Part shown: positions 1 to 8,515 of the stretch, one piece after another
How positions within the stretch are numbered: position 1 is the first letter of the stretch
How the letters are laid out: each line of letters starts with the position of its first letter
Source: a virus
Length of the DNA: 64,000 nucleotides
Reading direction: 5' to 3' (one strand)
UHGV virus genome: UHGV-0225074
Program-made: the position numbers and the translations under genes
The notes under the pieces: model-generated
What the model was told of the DNA's origin: nothing
The model's input: the letters and a program-made list of their open reading frames with translations, nothing else
The model's database searches: none

Positions 1-13
1 GCCAACTCGAATA

Positions 14-274
14 ATGAAGTTCCTAAAGGACTTAGTCAGGTCCCCTATAGACCCTGATAAGGCCTCACATACCAAGTTTTGGAGCAATATAGGACTAGCA
101 TCCATGACGGCTGTTTTCCTGTACTGGGGATTTAAAGGAACCCTTACAGAATGGTACATGTGGGTATATGCACCCACTGTAGCAGCTCCACAACTTATAA
201 GCAAGCTAATCTCACTTCGCTGGGGTTTAGCTATAAAGGCAGCGGAAGATGAAGATAAGCAAGAAATTAAATAA
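14..274 (+). CDS. hypothetical small membrane protein
   Basis: 86-aa ORF directly upstream of and co-oriented with the fibre gene; hydrophobic core (MTAVFLYWGF, WVYAPTVAAP); start lies at the window edge so the RBS was not assessed. Confidence 0.35.
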   Translation: MKFLKDLVRSPIDPDKASHTKFWSNIGLASMTAVFLYWGFKGTLTEWYMWVYAPTVAAPQLISKLISLRWGLAIKAAEDEDKQEIK

Positions 275-285
275 GGAGACCTTAA

Positions 286-2046
286 ATGGCTGATACAACA
301 CAATTTGAACAGGCTGTGGATCAGGTTATCGAGGATTCTGAGCGTCTCCATAAAGTGGTCAACGGATCGGCAATCGACACCGTTATTGTAGAAGACGGTA
401 GCACGATTCCAACATTACGTAAAGCGCTTCTTGATAATGTGTATTTTAAAACACCACCACAACCTTGGGCTGCGGGGACACAGACAACAGTTTTTAACCA
501 ACTATATTCATTTACGTCTTCAGCGGGAACATTCTGGTGGTACGCTCCTGGTGCGTCACCATCTACACCTGTAACCTTACCTGCTGATCCGTCTACAAGT
601 ACCGCTTGGAAAGTTTACAATGACTCCGTTGTAGTTTCTGAAAAATTTGCACCTCTTAACACCCCCGCATTTGTCGGTTCTCCGACAGCGCCTACCCCTG
701 CTCAGGGAAGTAATAGTGGTGCAATAGCGACAACTGCATTTGTCAACTTGGCTGTCGCAGCAGCGATCAACTCTCTTACGGGGTCTTCTCCAAGTTATGC
801 TGCTCTTACGGTAGTTGGTGCTTCAACCCTTAACACATTGGTTGTTTCGGGGATATCACAATTTGGTGGGACGATTGATGCCTCTGGTGTGCTTGGTAAA
901 TTCCAGAAAATTTCGTTATCTGGACAAACTGCCACGCTTTCTTTTGATTATACCGCTGCCTCTAACTATCTGAAGACTATCATATCTCCGAACTCTGTTC
1001 AAACCAATAATCTGACTTCCGCAGTTATTGTGAATGGGACAGCCAGTGCAGATAACACCACAATGTCATTAACTGGTGTCGGTAATAACACCTTCGACTA
1101 TGTGTATATCCGAGGGAACTCTTCCAAGGCCTCTACGGAACCAAGACTTAAGGTAACAGGAACGACAGAACTTGAAAACGTAAGAGTAACTGGTTCGTTG
1201 TCCGGTGTCAATGTTGGTGTTGATGGCTTAGACATTCTCCCCAACTCTATTGTCACAACGACAACAGCCGAGATAGGGTCCGATCTAACTGTAAACGGTG
1301 TAACAACTCTCGGGAGTGCCACCATTCAGGATCTGGGTGTAGTAAGCTCATTAACAGTTGATGGAAACAGCACATTAACTGGAGGATTTACAGCCGGTAG
1401 TGCTAGCTCTGTTGCAGGAAATCTCTCCATCACGGGCCTGCTTGCAGTTACCGGAGCAGTTACGGTAAGCACCAACCTTACAGTTACTGGAAACGCCAAC
1501 CTTAATAATGGTGGGACAGGCACAACAACTGTAAACAACCTTAACGTACTTGGTACTCTAACGGGCGTTTCTGTTGATGTCAACGGGAAGAACATTAACC
1601 CTAACTCCGTTCTGGCAACCACTACAATAGAGGCATACGGATCTCTAAAAGGTGCATCCCTCGTTATTACAGGTGAAGCAACGGCTCCGAAGGTCACTGC
1701 GAATTTCGTAGGAACAATCCCCGGTTCTGTTACCACACCTTCCGCAGGGACAACCTGGACACCGGGAGGGACAGGCTCCGATCTAACGAAGATGAATAAC
1801 ATCTACAACGTAGATGTGACAAATACTTTAACTATCGGGCCTTGGGCAAATCTTGGTAGTGCTTTTACTGCCACGATCTATCTGTTCCAGGATGCAACTG
1901 GTGGACATGCCGTCACCCTTGATGCATCTTATAAAATCATAAATGGTGGTACGATCAGCACTGCTGCAAATTCAGTTACAATTCTACAAGTAACCTATTG
2001 TGGAAGAGGGACTGTATATGATGTAGCTGTCTATCAAAGACCGTAA
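286..2046 (+). CDS. tail fibre / receptor-binding-like protein
   Basis: SD AAGGAG upstream of ATG at 286; 586 aa dominated by T/S/G/V/N low-complexity beta-repeat motifs (LTVTGN, VTGSLSGVNVGVDG) typical of phage fibres; intrinsic terminator immediately downstream. Confidence 0.55.
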   Translation: MADTTQFEQAVDQVIEDSERLHKVVNGSAIDTVIVEDGSTIPTLRKALLDNVYFKTPPQPWAAGTQTTVFNQLYSFTSSAGTFWWYAPGASPSTPVTLPADPSTSTAWKVYNDSVVVSEKFAPLNTPAFVGSPTAPTPAQGSNSGAIATTAFVNLAVAAAINSLTGSSPSYAALTVVGASTLNTLVVSGISQFGGTIDASGVLGKFQKISLSGQTATLSFDYTAASNYLKTIISPNSVQTNNLTSAVIVNGTASADNTTMSLTGVGNNTFDYVYIRGNSSKASTEPRLKVTGTTELENVRVTGSLSGVNVGVDGLDILPNSIVTTTTAEIGSDLTVNGVTTLGSATIQDLGVVSSLTVDGNSTLTGGFTAGSASSVAGNLSITGLLAVTGAVTVSTNLTVTGNANLNNGGTGTTTVNNLNVLGTLTGVSVDVNGKNINPNSVLATTTIEAYGSLKGASLVITGEATAPKVTANFVGTIPGSVTTPSAGTTWTPGGTGSDLTKMNNIYNVDVTNTLTIGPWANLGSAFTATIYLFQDATGGHAVTLDASYKIINGGTISTAANSVTILQVTYCGRGTVYDVAVYQRP

Positions 2047-2081
2047 TAAAAAAGGCTCCCATTTGGGAGCCTTTTCTTTTA
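2046..2081. terminator. bidirectional rho-independent terminator between convergent genes
   Basis: A-tract, GGCTCCC-ATTT-GGGAGCC hairpin (2054-2071), then TTTTCTTTT; sits between the plus fibre gene and the minus SSB-like gene. Confidence 0.65.
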
Positions 2082-2116
2082 TACGGCGTTCTTTACCTCG
2101 CCAAAATCATTATAAA

Positions 2117-3289
2117 TCAAAAGGGGATGTCGTCATCGAAGTCCATCGGAGGTTCATCAAAATCCATAGCCGGAGCCTCTTGAGCAGGAGGTGTCGTTAA
2201 ACGCTCCTGGATGGGCTGTGACGGCTTCTGAGATTCTTCCTGTGCCGTTGCACTGGCATAGCTGTAGAACGTCGCTGCAAGCGCATACGCTTCGCGTGTG
2301 GCCTTCTCAAGCTCGTCTGCATCGATGGTCTTTCCTTTGACAGCAATGTTCGTCACCGCATATTTGACAGCGTTACCCACTGTCTGACCAACATCTTTAC
2401 CTTCAGCTTCTGAAAGTTCCTTGATCAGTTTGGTGGTAACATCATGCACTATCTTTCCTGCCGCTTCCACATCACCCTTAAAGCCTGACAGCTTCAGGTT
2501 TACCAGAGCATTCATGGCATGACCAGCAGAAACACCGACAGGGTCGTAATTGCTACGTTTGCCTTTGACACCAGAACCACCGCTGTTCTGACCTGCGGGG
2601 CCATAAGCTTTGAATCCGTTCAGGATGTTACCGTTAGACATATCCACAAAGGCAGTCATTCGTCCACCGACAGATACCTGGGCCAGTTGTTCATCGGAGA
2701 GAACTACACCACCGGGGCCGTTCTTCTCGTCATTAACAGTCGCCAGATTACCTACGATTTCGGTAATCTCACCGAAGATCTTAACACCACCGCCCGACTG
2801 TGCTGCCTGGGCAGAAGACTGCTGTTGACGAGGGGCAGCTTGGCCCGCTTTGCTTTCATCCAGAATGTTGAATGTCTTACCGCTTAAAGTGCCGTTGATA
2901 TAGGTTTTATCCCCATTCTTAGAGACTTTCAGCGGGAAAGATACAACCATGCCAGTCAGAATATCTTTATAACCGGAATCAAACTTGACCTGAACTTTGT
3001 CAGTGTGGCTGGCGTGGAGTTTCTTCTCGCCCATGCCTACCCATTCACCTTGGCCCTGAGGATCGATAACATTGTTGTTCTCATCAACCGCCTGCATCAG
3101 GAAGCTAATGCTGTGGGTTGCTTCGATTACCTTCGCAGGCTGACCGTTACGTGCAGGGATATGGGTACGCTTAACACCGTCCTGATCGGCATTCTTCACA
3201 GGTTTGATGCTGATGAATTTGATGCTGCCTTTTGCGAAGTGGTTTACTTTGCCAGACATCGGGTCTTTGTATTCGTTTACTACGCTCAT
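2117..3289 (-). CDS. SSB-like protein carrying the E. coli SSB C-terminal tip (…MDFDEPPMDFDDDIPF)
   Basis: Start refined to ATG at 3289 (SD AAAGGAGAGAAG; the ORF track extends further to 3412). C-terminal 16 aa reproduce the acidic SSB tip (PPMDFDDDIPF); Gly/Gln-rich linker before the tip, as in bacterial SSBs. Confidence 0.6.
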   Translation of the reverse strand: MSVVNEYKDPMSGKVNHFAKGSIKFISIKPVKNADQDGVKRTHIPARNGQPAKVIEATHSISFLMQAVDENNNVIDPQGQGEWVGMGEKKLHASHTDKVQVKFDSGYKDILTGMVVSFPLKVSKNGDKTYINGTLSGKTFNILDESKAGQAAPRQQQSSAQAAQSGGGVKIFGEITEIVGNLATVNDEKNGPGGVVLSDEQLAQVSVGGRMTAFVDMSNGNILNGFKAYGPAGQNSGGSGVKGKRSNYDPVGVSAGHAMNALVNLKLSGFKGDVEAAGKIVHDVTTKLIKELSEAEGKDVGQTVGNAVKYAVTNIAVKGKTIDADELEKATREAYALAATFYSYASATAQEESQKPSQPIQERLTTPPAQEAPAMDFDEPPMDFDDDIPF

Positions 3290-3302
3290 CTTCTCTCCTT
3301 TA

Positions 3303-3641
3303 TTACTCAGATTTTTCTTCAACGACTTGTGTAACTGGTACAGCAAGAAGTTGATCAACCAACATATCTTCAACTTGCGCCAAAAGGTTTTGCGCGAAGG
3401 TTGAAGCTCCACTCAGTTGCATCACAGCATTACGCTGACCACGAATCCAGGCTAACGCCGTTTCGATAGTTTCGTGTTTGCCTTCACTGATTAAACGTTC
3501 CATTTCTTTTCTGACGGGTTCAGAATTGATATGGTCAGCCATCTGAACGCTGGCACTTGAGAGGAAAATCACAGTTCCGAACTGATTGGGGTCTAGCCCC
3601 AGGAATCGTGCTTCGTTGGTAGGGGTTACTTCTTCAGTCAT
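3303..3641 (-). CDS. hypothetical protein
   Basis: SD GGAGG 4 nt before ATG (MTEEVTP...); first gene downstream of a hairpin at 3650-3690. Confidence 0.5.
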   Translation of the reverse strand: MTEEVTPTNEARFLGLDPNQFGTVIFLSSASVQMADHINSEPVRKEMERLISEGKHETIETALAWIRGQRNAVMQLSGASTFAQNLLAQVEDMLVDQLLAVPVTQVVEEKSE

Positions 3642-3697
3642 CAATCCTCCATTTATTAGTGAAGGGGTATCTTACCCCTTTACACTTGTTATGTCAA

Positions 3698-3916
3698 TTA
3701 CTTTCTTTTCTTTTTTGAATTTGACATCATTTCAGCCACACGGCCTACACTTGCCAGTCCCAGCCACCCGATAATCGCCATCAGGAAGAAGAAAAGAAGA
3801 ACGGCAACACCGAAGTAGAGCGGTAGTAAAACAAGCCACCACGACCAGGCGATCACGCCGCACAGTTTAAGCGTGATAAATACCAACGCCAAAAGACCTA
3901 AGAAACCAATTTTCAT
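3698..3916 (-). CDS. small membrane protein (two predicted TM helices)
   Basis: 72 aa, very hydrophobic (LLALVFITLKLCGVIAWSWWLVLLPLYFGVAVLLFFFL), basic C-terminus. Confidence 0.45.
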   Translation of the reverse strand: MKIGFLGLLALVFITLKLCGVIAWSWWLVLLPLYFGVAVLLFFFLMAIIGWLGLASVGRVAEMMSNSKKKRK

Positions 3917-3925
3917 TTTATCTCC

Positions 3926-4330
3926 TTAATCACAACTACCTGAAAATGATGAACTCGAATCACAGGAGGAATACGAGTCATGACTGCTTGACGAGTGACT
4001 TGGCGTATGATGAGTATACGTATCACTAATCGTGGTTGTATTGATGATCGCCGCATCATCATTTCTCCGGCGATAACCGCCATCCTCCACGACCACACGC
4101 CTTTTAGGCGGTGAAGGTGGCGTTGGGGGTGACATTTTCAATCTACGCTCATTGTTTTGTCTTGCTTGACGAAGGGCCTTGTTGAGCGTCTCATTAAGCG
4201 CTTCAGAAGATATTGTGGTCACCTTGGTTGTTTGGCTAACAAAAGTGCTGTTTCCCTTCCCTATAGATACGACCGTTGTTGTACTGAATAACCCCAATAA
4301 CCATTTGAAAAATTTTCGGATTTTATTCAT
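3926..4330 (-). CDS. hypothetical secreted/Ser-Thr-Pro-rich protein
   Basis: N-terminal hydrophobic segment, PTPPSPP stretch, Ser-rich tail. Confidence 0.4.
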   Translation of the reverse strand: MNKIRKFFKWLLGLFSTTTVVSIGKGNSTFVSQTTKVTTISSEALNETLNKALRQARQNNERRLKMSPPTPPSPPKRRVVVEDGGYRRRNDDAAIINTTTISDTYTHHTPSHSSSSHDSYSSCDSSSSFSGSCD

Positions 4331-4634
4331 CCCGATCTACCTCTTCAAGAACCTCTCTCAGTGGAGGAACAAGACCCCCGTTAGCTGCTAAAAGGTTAGC
4401 AAACTTCCGGTAAACATACCGAGTTTCTTTTCCCGCCAGATGACAGAGTTTGATCGCCCGAACATGCTTGGCCTCTTCAGAGTACATATACTCATAATTG
4501 ATTACCTTCGCTTGTTGTCGTGTTACACCAAGCAGCTCTGCGAAAACAGAATGAGGATCAGCTTGTGGCTTACCATATGCCTCTGCCCAAGCATCTGGGA
4601 CAAGGCCACTAACACCAAGTTCATCAATTAGCAT
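4323..4634 (-). CDS. hypothetical protein
   Basis: 103-aa ORF, co-oriented, overlaps neighbours by a few nt (operon-like packing). Confidence 0.45.
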   Translation of the reverse strand: MLIDELGVSGLVPDAWAEAYGKPQADPHSVFAELLGVTRQQAKVINYEYMYSEEAKHVRAIKLCHLAGKETRYVYRKFANLLAANGGLVPPLREVLEEVDRDE

Positions 4635-4908
4635 AAAATTCCTCCAAAACTTTCCAGATTGTATTTAATTCCCCACCAGACATCAGGGACCAAATCACCA
4701 TGTCTTGATAACCTTTACGGCAGATGTCAACCTGCCGGAATGCTTTGTGGAAACTTGTTGGATCAGACTGGTCCACGGGCAGATCATCTACATTTTTCTT
4801 GAAATATGAGAGAACTAACTGTTCTTCCAGATTAGGATTGTCCCCTAAGCTTGCCTCATACATCTCGACAAACTTGGCACCTGTGCGTTCTTCACGAGTT
4901 AAAGCCAT
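4624..4908 (-). CDS. hypothetical protein
   Basis: 94-aa ORF, tight packing with neighbours. Confidence 0.45.
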   Translation of the reverse strand: MALTREERTGAKFVEMYEASLGDNPNLEEQLVLSYFKKNVDDLPVDQSDPTSFHKAFRQVDICRKGYQDMVIWSLMSGGELNTIWKVLEEFYAN

Positions 4909-5270
4909 TCTCCAGTCTCCATTTGTTTCGGTGTCAGAGTCTTTACCTGATTATCATCAACAGGCGCAAATCCAACAACAGGTTTATAACAGCGCTCTTT
5001 CTTTGCATCAAACACATAGAATGATGCCACAGCCTCTGGCTTTGCGCAAGTAGTATAATGGCGCTGGTACATTCCATAACCACCTAAGTAAGTCACTGCC
5101 CAGAACATTACCCCAAACATTACGGCTGAAAACACATAGGAGGCCACTTTTCCCTTCCAAGTAAGCCCTCCCGACAATAACCATCCTATGTAGGAAAACA
5201 TAGCAAGCGGGATCAGGCTAGATACCCAATTGTGATTCATTGTAAACCATTCCCAGAATCCAATCATCAA
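4899..5270 (-). CDS. membrane protein
   Basis: 123 aa with multiple hydrophobic helices (SLIPLAMFSYIGWLLSGGL; VMFGVMFWAVTYLGGYG). Confidence 0.45.
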   Translation of the reverse strand: MMIGFWEWFTMNHNWVSSLIPLAMFSYIGWLLSGGLTWKGKVASYVFSAVMFGVMFWAVTYLGGYGMYQRHYTTCAKPEAVASFYVFDAKKERCYKPVVGFAPVDDNQVKTLTPKQMETGEWL

Positions 5271-5840
5271 CTACCCCCCAAAAGATGAGCGACTGCTAAC
5301 AGAGCTACCAAAACCACCACGAGAAGATGTGGTGCTACGAGAAACCGTTGTACGAGGAGACTGTACTGTTGGCTTTGCCGCAGAGCTTGTCACCTTGAAC
5401 GTTTGACCAGGTCGTGCATTGTAGCTACGGAACTTGTTGTCCATATACTGACCTGAACGATCCTGATACAGCGGTGCTGAATGATAACCGGAATTCATGC
5501 TATTACCCATCATGTACCCCATCATCAACGGCATCCACGAAGAACCACCATCTGAGCTGCTTGGGTTGTGTCTGCACTGGTCACCGAACTCCGCGTAGCA
5601 GTCAGAATAAGTCGCATAGCGTGGTGCAGTTTCATTTGCAACCTTTTCTGCTTCTTGTCTTGCTGCCCGACAATGATCCGGTTTGTGAGTATCTGCAATA
5701 CACTCATCAACATTTTTGTACATCTTCATGTCAATGTCTGCTTGCTCACAACCTGCAACTGTGATTGCCACCGCGAATGGCAGGGCATAACGCCCCACCT
5801 TGCGAAAAGCATTCTTATTGATATGCTTTGTTCTCTTCAC
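5271..5840 (-). CDS. putative lipoprotein
   Basis: Signal peptide followed by lipobox-like TVAGC; Cys-rich middle, Ser/Gly-rich tail. Confidence 0.5.
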   Translation of the reverse strand: MKRTKHINKNAFRKVGRYALPFAVAITVAGCEQADIDMKMYKNVDECIADTHKPDHCRAARQEAEKVANETAPRYATYSDCYAEFGDQCRHNPSSSDGGSSWMPLMMGYMMGNSMNSGYHSAPLYQDRSGQYMDNKFRSYNARPGQTFKVTSSAAKPTVQSPRTTVSRSTTSSRGGFGSSVSSRSSFGG

Positions 5841-5848
5841 TTTTCACC

Positions 5849-6031
5849 TTACTTATAGTCTGGTAACCCTGCTGCCAATAATCCACCAACTGCCCCGACC
5901 GTCATCCCTGTACCTAAGACCCACCCAAATTCCATAGTTCCGAATTTAGCTCCGCCGCACAGAGCTACTGTTATGGAGCACATAATGACTCCAAAAAATA
6001 CTGCCAAGAACATAATTACCCGAGTTTTCAT
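5849..6031 (-). CDS. small membrane protein
   Basis: 60 aa, two hydrophobic helices. Confidence 0.4.
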   Translation of the reverse strand: MKTRVIMFLAVFFGVIMCSITVALCGGAKFGTMEFGWVLGTGMTVGAVGGLLAAGLPDYK

Positions 6032-6246
6032 ACTGCACCTGAACTTATGCCAAAAGAGGCCATACCAAGAAGTAATCCAGAAGCACTACCGACTGCAACA
6101 GATGTTTCAGTGTACTCACCGAAACCCAGCGTTCCGAACACCTGACCAGCACTGATAGCCAGATAATACCCAAGTGCGATAGAAATTCCAAGTACAATAA
6201 AGAACACTGAGACACTGATGGCTGCGGGGATGATTAAATCACGCAT
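6028..6246 (-). CDS. small membrane protein
   Basis: Start refined to ATG at 6246 (SD AAGGAAA); the ORF track extends further to 6285; Gly-rich hydrophobic helices. Confidence 0.4.
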   Translation of the reverse strand: MRDLIIPAAISVSVFFIVLGISIALGYYLAISAGQVFGTLGFGEYTETSVAVGSASGLLLGMASFGISSGAV

Positions 6247-6961
6247 GTGTGGTTTCCTTTTCTGTTTTACGCCATTTGTAAGCACCGTACACAGAGTTTA
6301 ACAGGAAAGTTACCCACATTGCAAGGACTGCCCACCCTTGTGTTTCATGATGCATTGCTGTCTGAATCCACAGAGCCACAGCAACCACGTTAACAATAAT
6401 CCACACATACCATTGTTCTGCATAACGAACCATCATCAGGTAGGTTGCCAGAACCGACAGGATTGCTGTAGCAGAATCGAGACCCGGCATACTCCCTTTC
6501 AGCAGGCTAACGAACTCGGCGTATAATCCGATCGTCACCAATGTCCCGATACCAACAATCCAGCGCTGTTTTGTGGTCAGATACTTCTTGATGACATCCG
6601 CACGTTCACCATCCGCAGAGACGGTTAACTTACGCGCCCAGATTACCCCTCCAATGACCTGCATGGGGGTGAACAACAGGGTGTACATAATCGTCTCACC
6701 GTACAACTTGTACGTGAAGGAGATATATGCATACAGCACCGTTGCCACAAAGCCCCAGTAATAACTGGAGAGCTTACCTTTTGCCACCAGGATAGCCCCG
6801 ATGATCCCGGTGACAGAAGAGATGAACTCTACTAACCCACCGCCCATAGTCAAGGAGACAATGGCGATCGATGCCGAGCAGATGAGGAGCCAAAGGTATT
6901 CAAGTTTTGACCAGCCATAAAAGTCGGTCCATGCTGTCTTAATGTACAGATTTGTATTCAT
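6239..6961 (-). CDS. pnuC: nicotinamide riboside transporter PnuC-like
   Basis: SD AGGAG 7 nt before ATG; 240 aa with ~7 TM helices; Trp/Tyr-rich motifs YYWGF...LYAYISFTYKLYGE and EQWYVWIIVNVVAVALW closely resemble E. coli PnuC (SNYFFGL..., ENWLLWVIINVISVV). Confidence 0.7.
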   Translation of the reverse strand: MNTNLYIKTAWTDFYGWSKLEYLWLLICSASIAIVSLTMGGGLVEFISSVTGIIGAILVAKGKLSSYYWGFVATVLYAYISFTYKLYGETIMYTLLFTPMQVIGGVIWARKLTVSADGERADVIKKYLTTKQRWIVGIGTLVTIGLYAEFVSLLKGSMPGLDSATAILSVLATYLMMVRYAEQWYVWIIVNVVAVALWIQTAMHHETQGWAVLAMWVTFLLNSVYGAYKWRKTEKETTHA

Positions 6962-6963
6962 GG

Positions 6964-7221
6964 TTATTCTCCTGTTAATCGTTTAAGAAGCGCTTCGATT
7001 TTAGGATTCGCCGCGCCGTTACCGTATAACTTATACTTCAGATCCAACACTGCGTCAAGCAGTTCTGGTGCTGCTGCGATAAGATTTGCATCTTCAATAC
7101 TATTAATCTCTGAACACACGTCGCTGTAAGATCGCCACCCGGAACCTACCTCAAGAGAGCCTGAGACAATGACCTTTATTTCATCGTCATCATGAAATAC
7201 TTCCCATGTATCTTTAGCCAT
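6964..7221 (-). CDS. hypothetical protein
   Basis: 85-aa ORF packed between pnuC and downstream genes. Confidence 0.45.
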   Translation of the reverse strand: MAKDTWEVFHDDDEIKVIVSGSLEVGSGWRSYSDVCSEINSIEDANLIAAAPELLDAVLDLKYKLYGNGAANPKIEALLKRLTGE

Positions 7222-7450
7222 TTTTGCGCCCCTTTTTCTTTTTATTTTTCATTTCTGACCGAACTTTAGTTTGCCAAGCCATTGCTTCGTCAACAGCATT
7301 CGGTCCGTCAAAAACTTGGTTCTTCTCATCTGACTTGAACACAAAATTAGTACCTTTGTTATCCATTGCCTGGAAAACCCAGCCTGTCAGTGTCTCCTCG
7401 ATGATCTTACCTCCGATCAGTAGACCATTACTTTTTGCATGAATAGCCAT
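7214..7450 (-). CDS. hypothetical protein
   Basis: Start refined to ATG at 7450 (SD GGAGGG; the ORF track extends further to 7513). Confidence 0.4.
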   Translation of the reverse strand: MAIHAKSNGLLIGGKIIEETLTGWVFQAMDNKGTNFVFKSDEKNQVFDGPNAVDEAMAWQTKVRSEMKNKKKKGRKNG

Positions 7451-7452
7451 TT

Positions 7453-7602
7453 TTAACCCTCCATTACAACTGGTAAGACAGACCTGATCCCATCTCTCCA
7501 TGCCAACCAACACATTAACTGGAGGATTTCACGCTCCTCTGCATCTGGATAAAGATGTACTGGTGCGTTTTTATCAAACCAGTCCATAAATTCTTTAGAC
7601 AT
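7453..7602 (-). CDS. hypothetical small protein
   Basis: Start refined to ATG at 7602 (SD GAGGAG; the ORF track extends further to 7638). Confidence 0.35.
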   Translation of the reverse strand: MSKEFMDWFDKNAPVHLYPDAEEREILQLMCWLAWRDGIRSVLPVVMEG

Positions 7603-7933
7603 TTTGACTCCTCTGTTTTGCCCATTCGATTGCCGCAAGTATCACATCACAGTGACATGCTACCTCTTTGTTCGGCTGTTTACAGAAGCATACAAGGTCT
7701 TTACCATCCAAGTCAAGCAAATCTTGAATAGTAATTTTCCCCGAACGTATCTGTTGCCATAACCATACACGGTATCGTTCAATGGTTGCTCCACGGGGTT
7801 CATCTTTCGACAACTTATATGGATTGGCAAATTTAGATTGCTTCAAGCCTAGATGGGGCATTGCTCGCCCCATGTATTCAGCATTCTCAGGTATCACTTT
7901 ACCAATGTGGTAGAAGTTGAGTACCTTAGCCAT
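7595..7933 (-). CDS. hypothetical protein with conserved Cys/His cluster (DUF4326-like?)
   Basis: 112 aa; FANPY and LVCFCKQP...CHCD motifs; family assignment is from memory only. Confidence 0.45.
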   Translation of the reverse strand: MAKVLNFYHIGKVIPENAEYMGRAMPHLGLKQSKFANPYKLSKDEPRGATIERYRVWLWQQIRSGKITIQDLLDLDGKDLVCFCKQPNKEVACHCDVILAAIEWAKQRSQNV

Positions 7934-8171
7934 TGACCAGTTCCGGATGTAGGCGACGGTACAACTCCTGAGTCAACTCGCGAATCCAGATAACGATAGG
8001 GACTTGCAGATAAGTATCCAGCAGGTCAGAAGGGTCATCTGTCCCAGGTTCTACCAGCAACCAGTTTATAGCGTTAACAATATGCTCATCAGACATGTGG
8101 CTAATTCGCATATCAAAACCCTCCTGGGTTTTCCAGACCAGGGTCGGCTTAGTTTGCTCCATCTTTATCAC
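7926..8171 (-). CDS. hypothetical protein
   Basis: 81-aa ORF in operon packing. Confidence 0.45.
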   Translation of the reverse strand: MIKMEQTKPTLVWKTQEGFDMRISHMSDEHIVNAINWLLVEPGTDDPSDLLDTYLQVPIVIWIRELTQELYRRLHPELVNG

Positions 8172-8514
8172 CTTTCAGATATGCGATGATCCAGTCTGCC
8201 GCTTCTTCGAACCCCTCATAACCAAAGAATTTCCGGCGATTGAAATAGGTATCGTCCGTAGGGATGTTGGTTTGGAAATTGAAGTCCCGTGTTGACCCAT
8301 AGTACACAGTGATCTGGTCACTGTTACGGCATTCAGAGAATGACACTTGACGACAATTATCTTGCCCACCTGAGTAGTCCAACTTCATGATGGAGAAGCC
8401 CTGCTCACGGCAGTTCGCATAGGCCTGGAGGCCCTGGCCTAACTCTGGATCTTTTTCAAGGACGAGCTTTAATACACCAAACGCTTGGTACATACTTGAG
8501 TTTGTAACATCCAT
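8149..8514 (-). CDS. hypothetical protein
   Basis: 121-aa ORF ending 2 nt before the nadR-like start. Confidence 0.45.
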   Translation of the reverse strand: MDVTNSSMYQAFGVLKLVLEKDPELGQGLQAYANCREQGFSIMKLDYSGGQDNCRQVSFSECRNSDQITVYYGSTRDFNFQTNIPTDDTYFNRRKFFGYEGFEEAADWIIAYLKGDKDGAN

Positions 8515-8515
8515 C

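Noticed and set aside
1098-1802. Two minus-strand ORFs (75 and 158 aa) inside the fibre gene
   Set aside because: They are antisense to a long well-supported gene, and their Val/Thr/Pro-rich translations mirror the repeat composition of the fibre gene.
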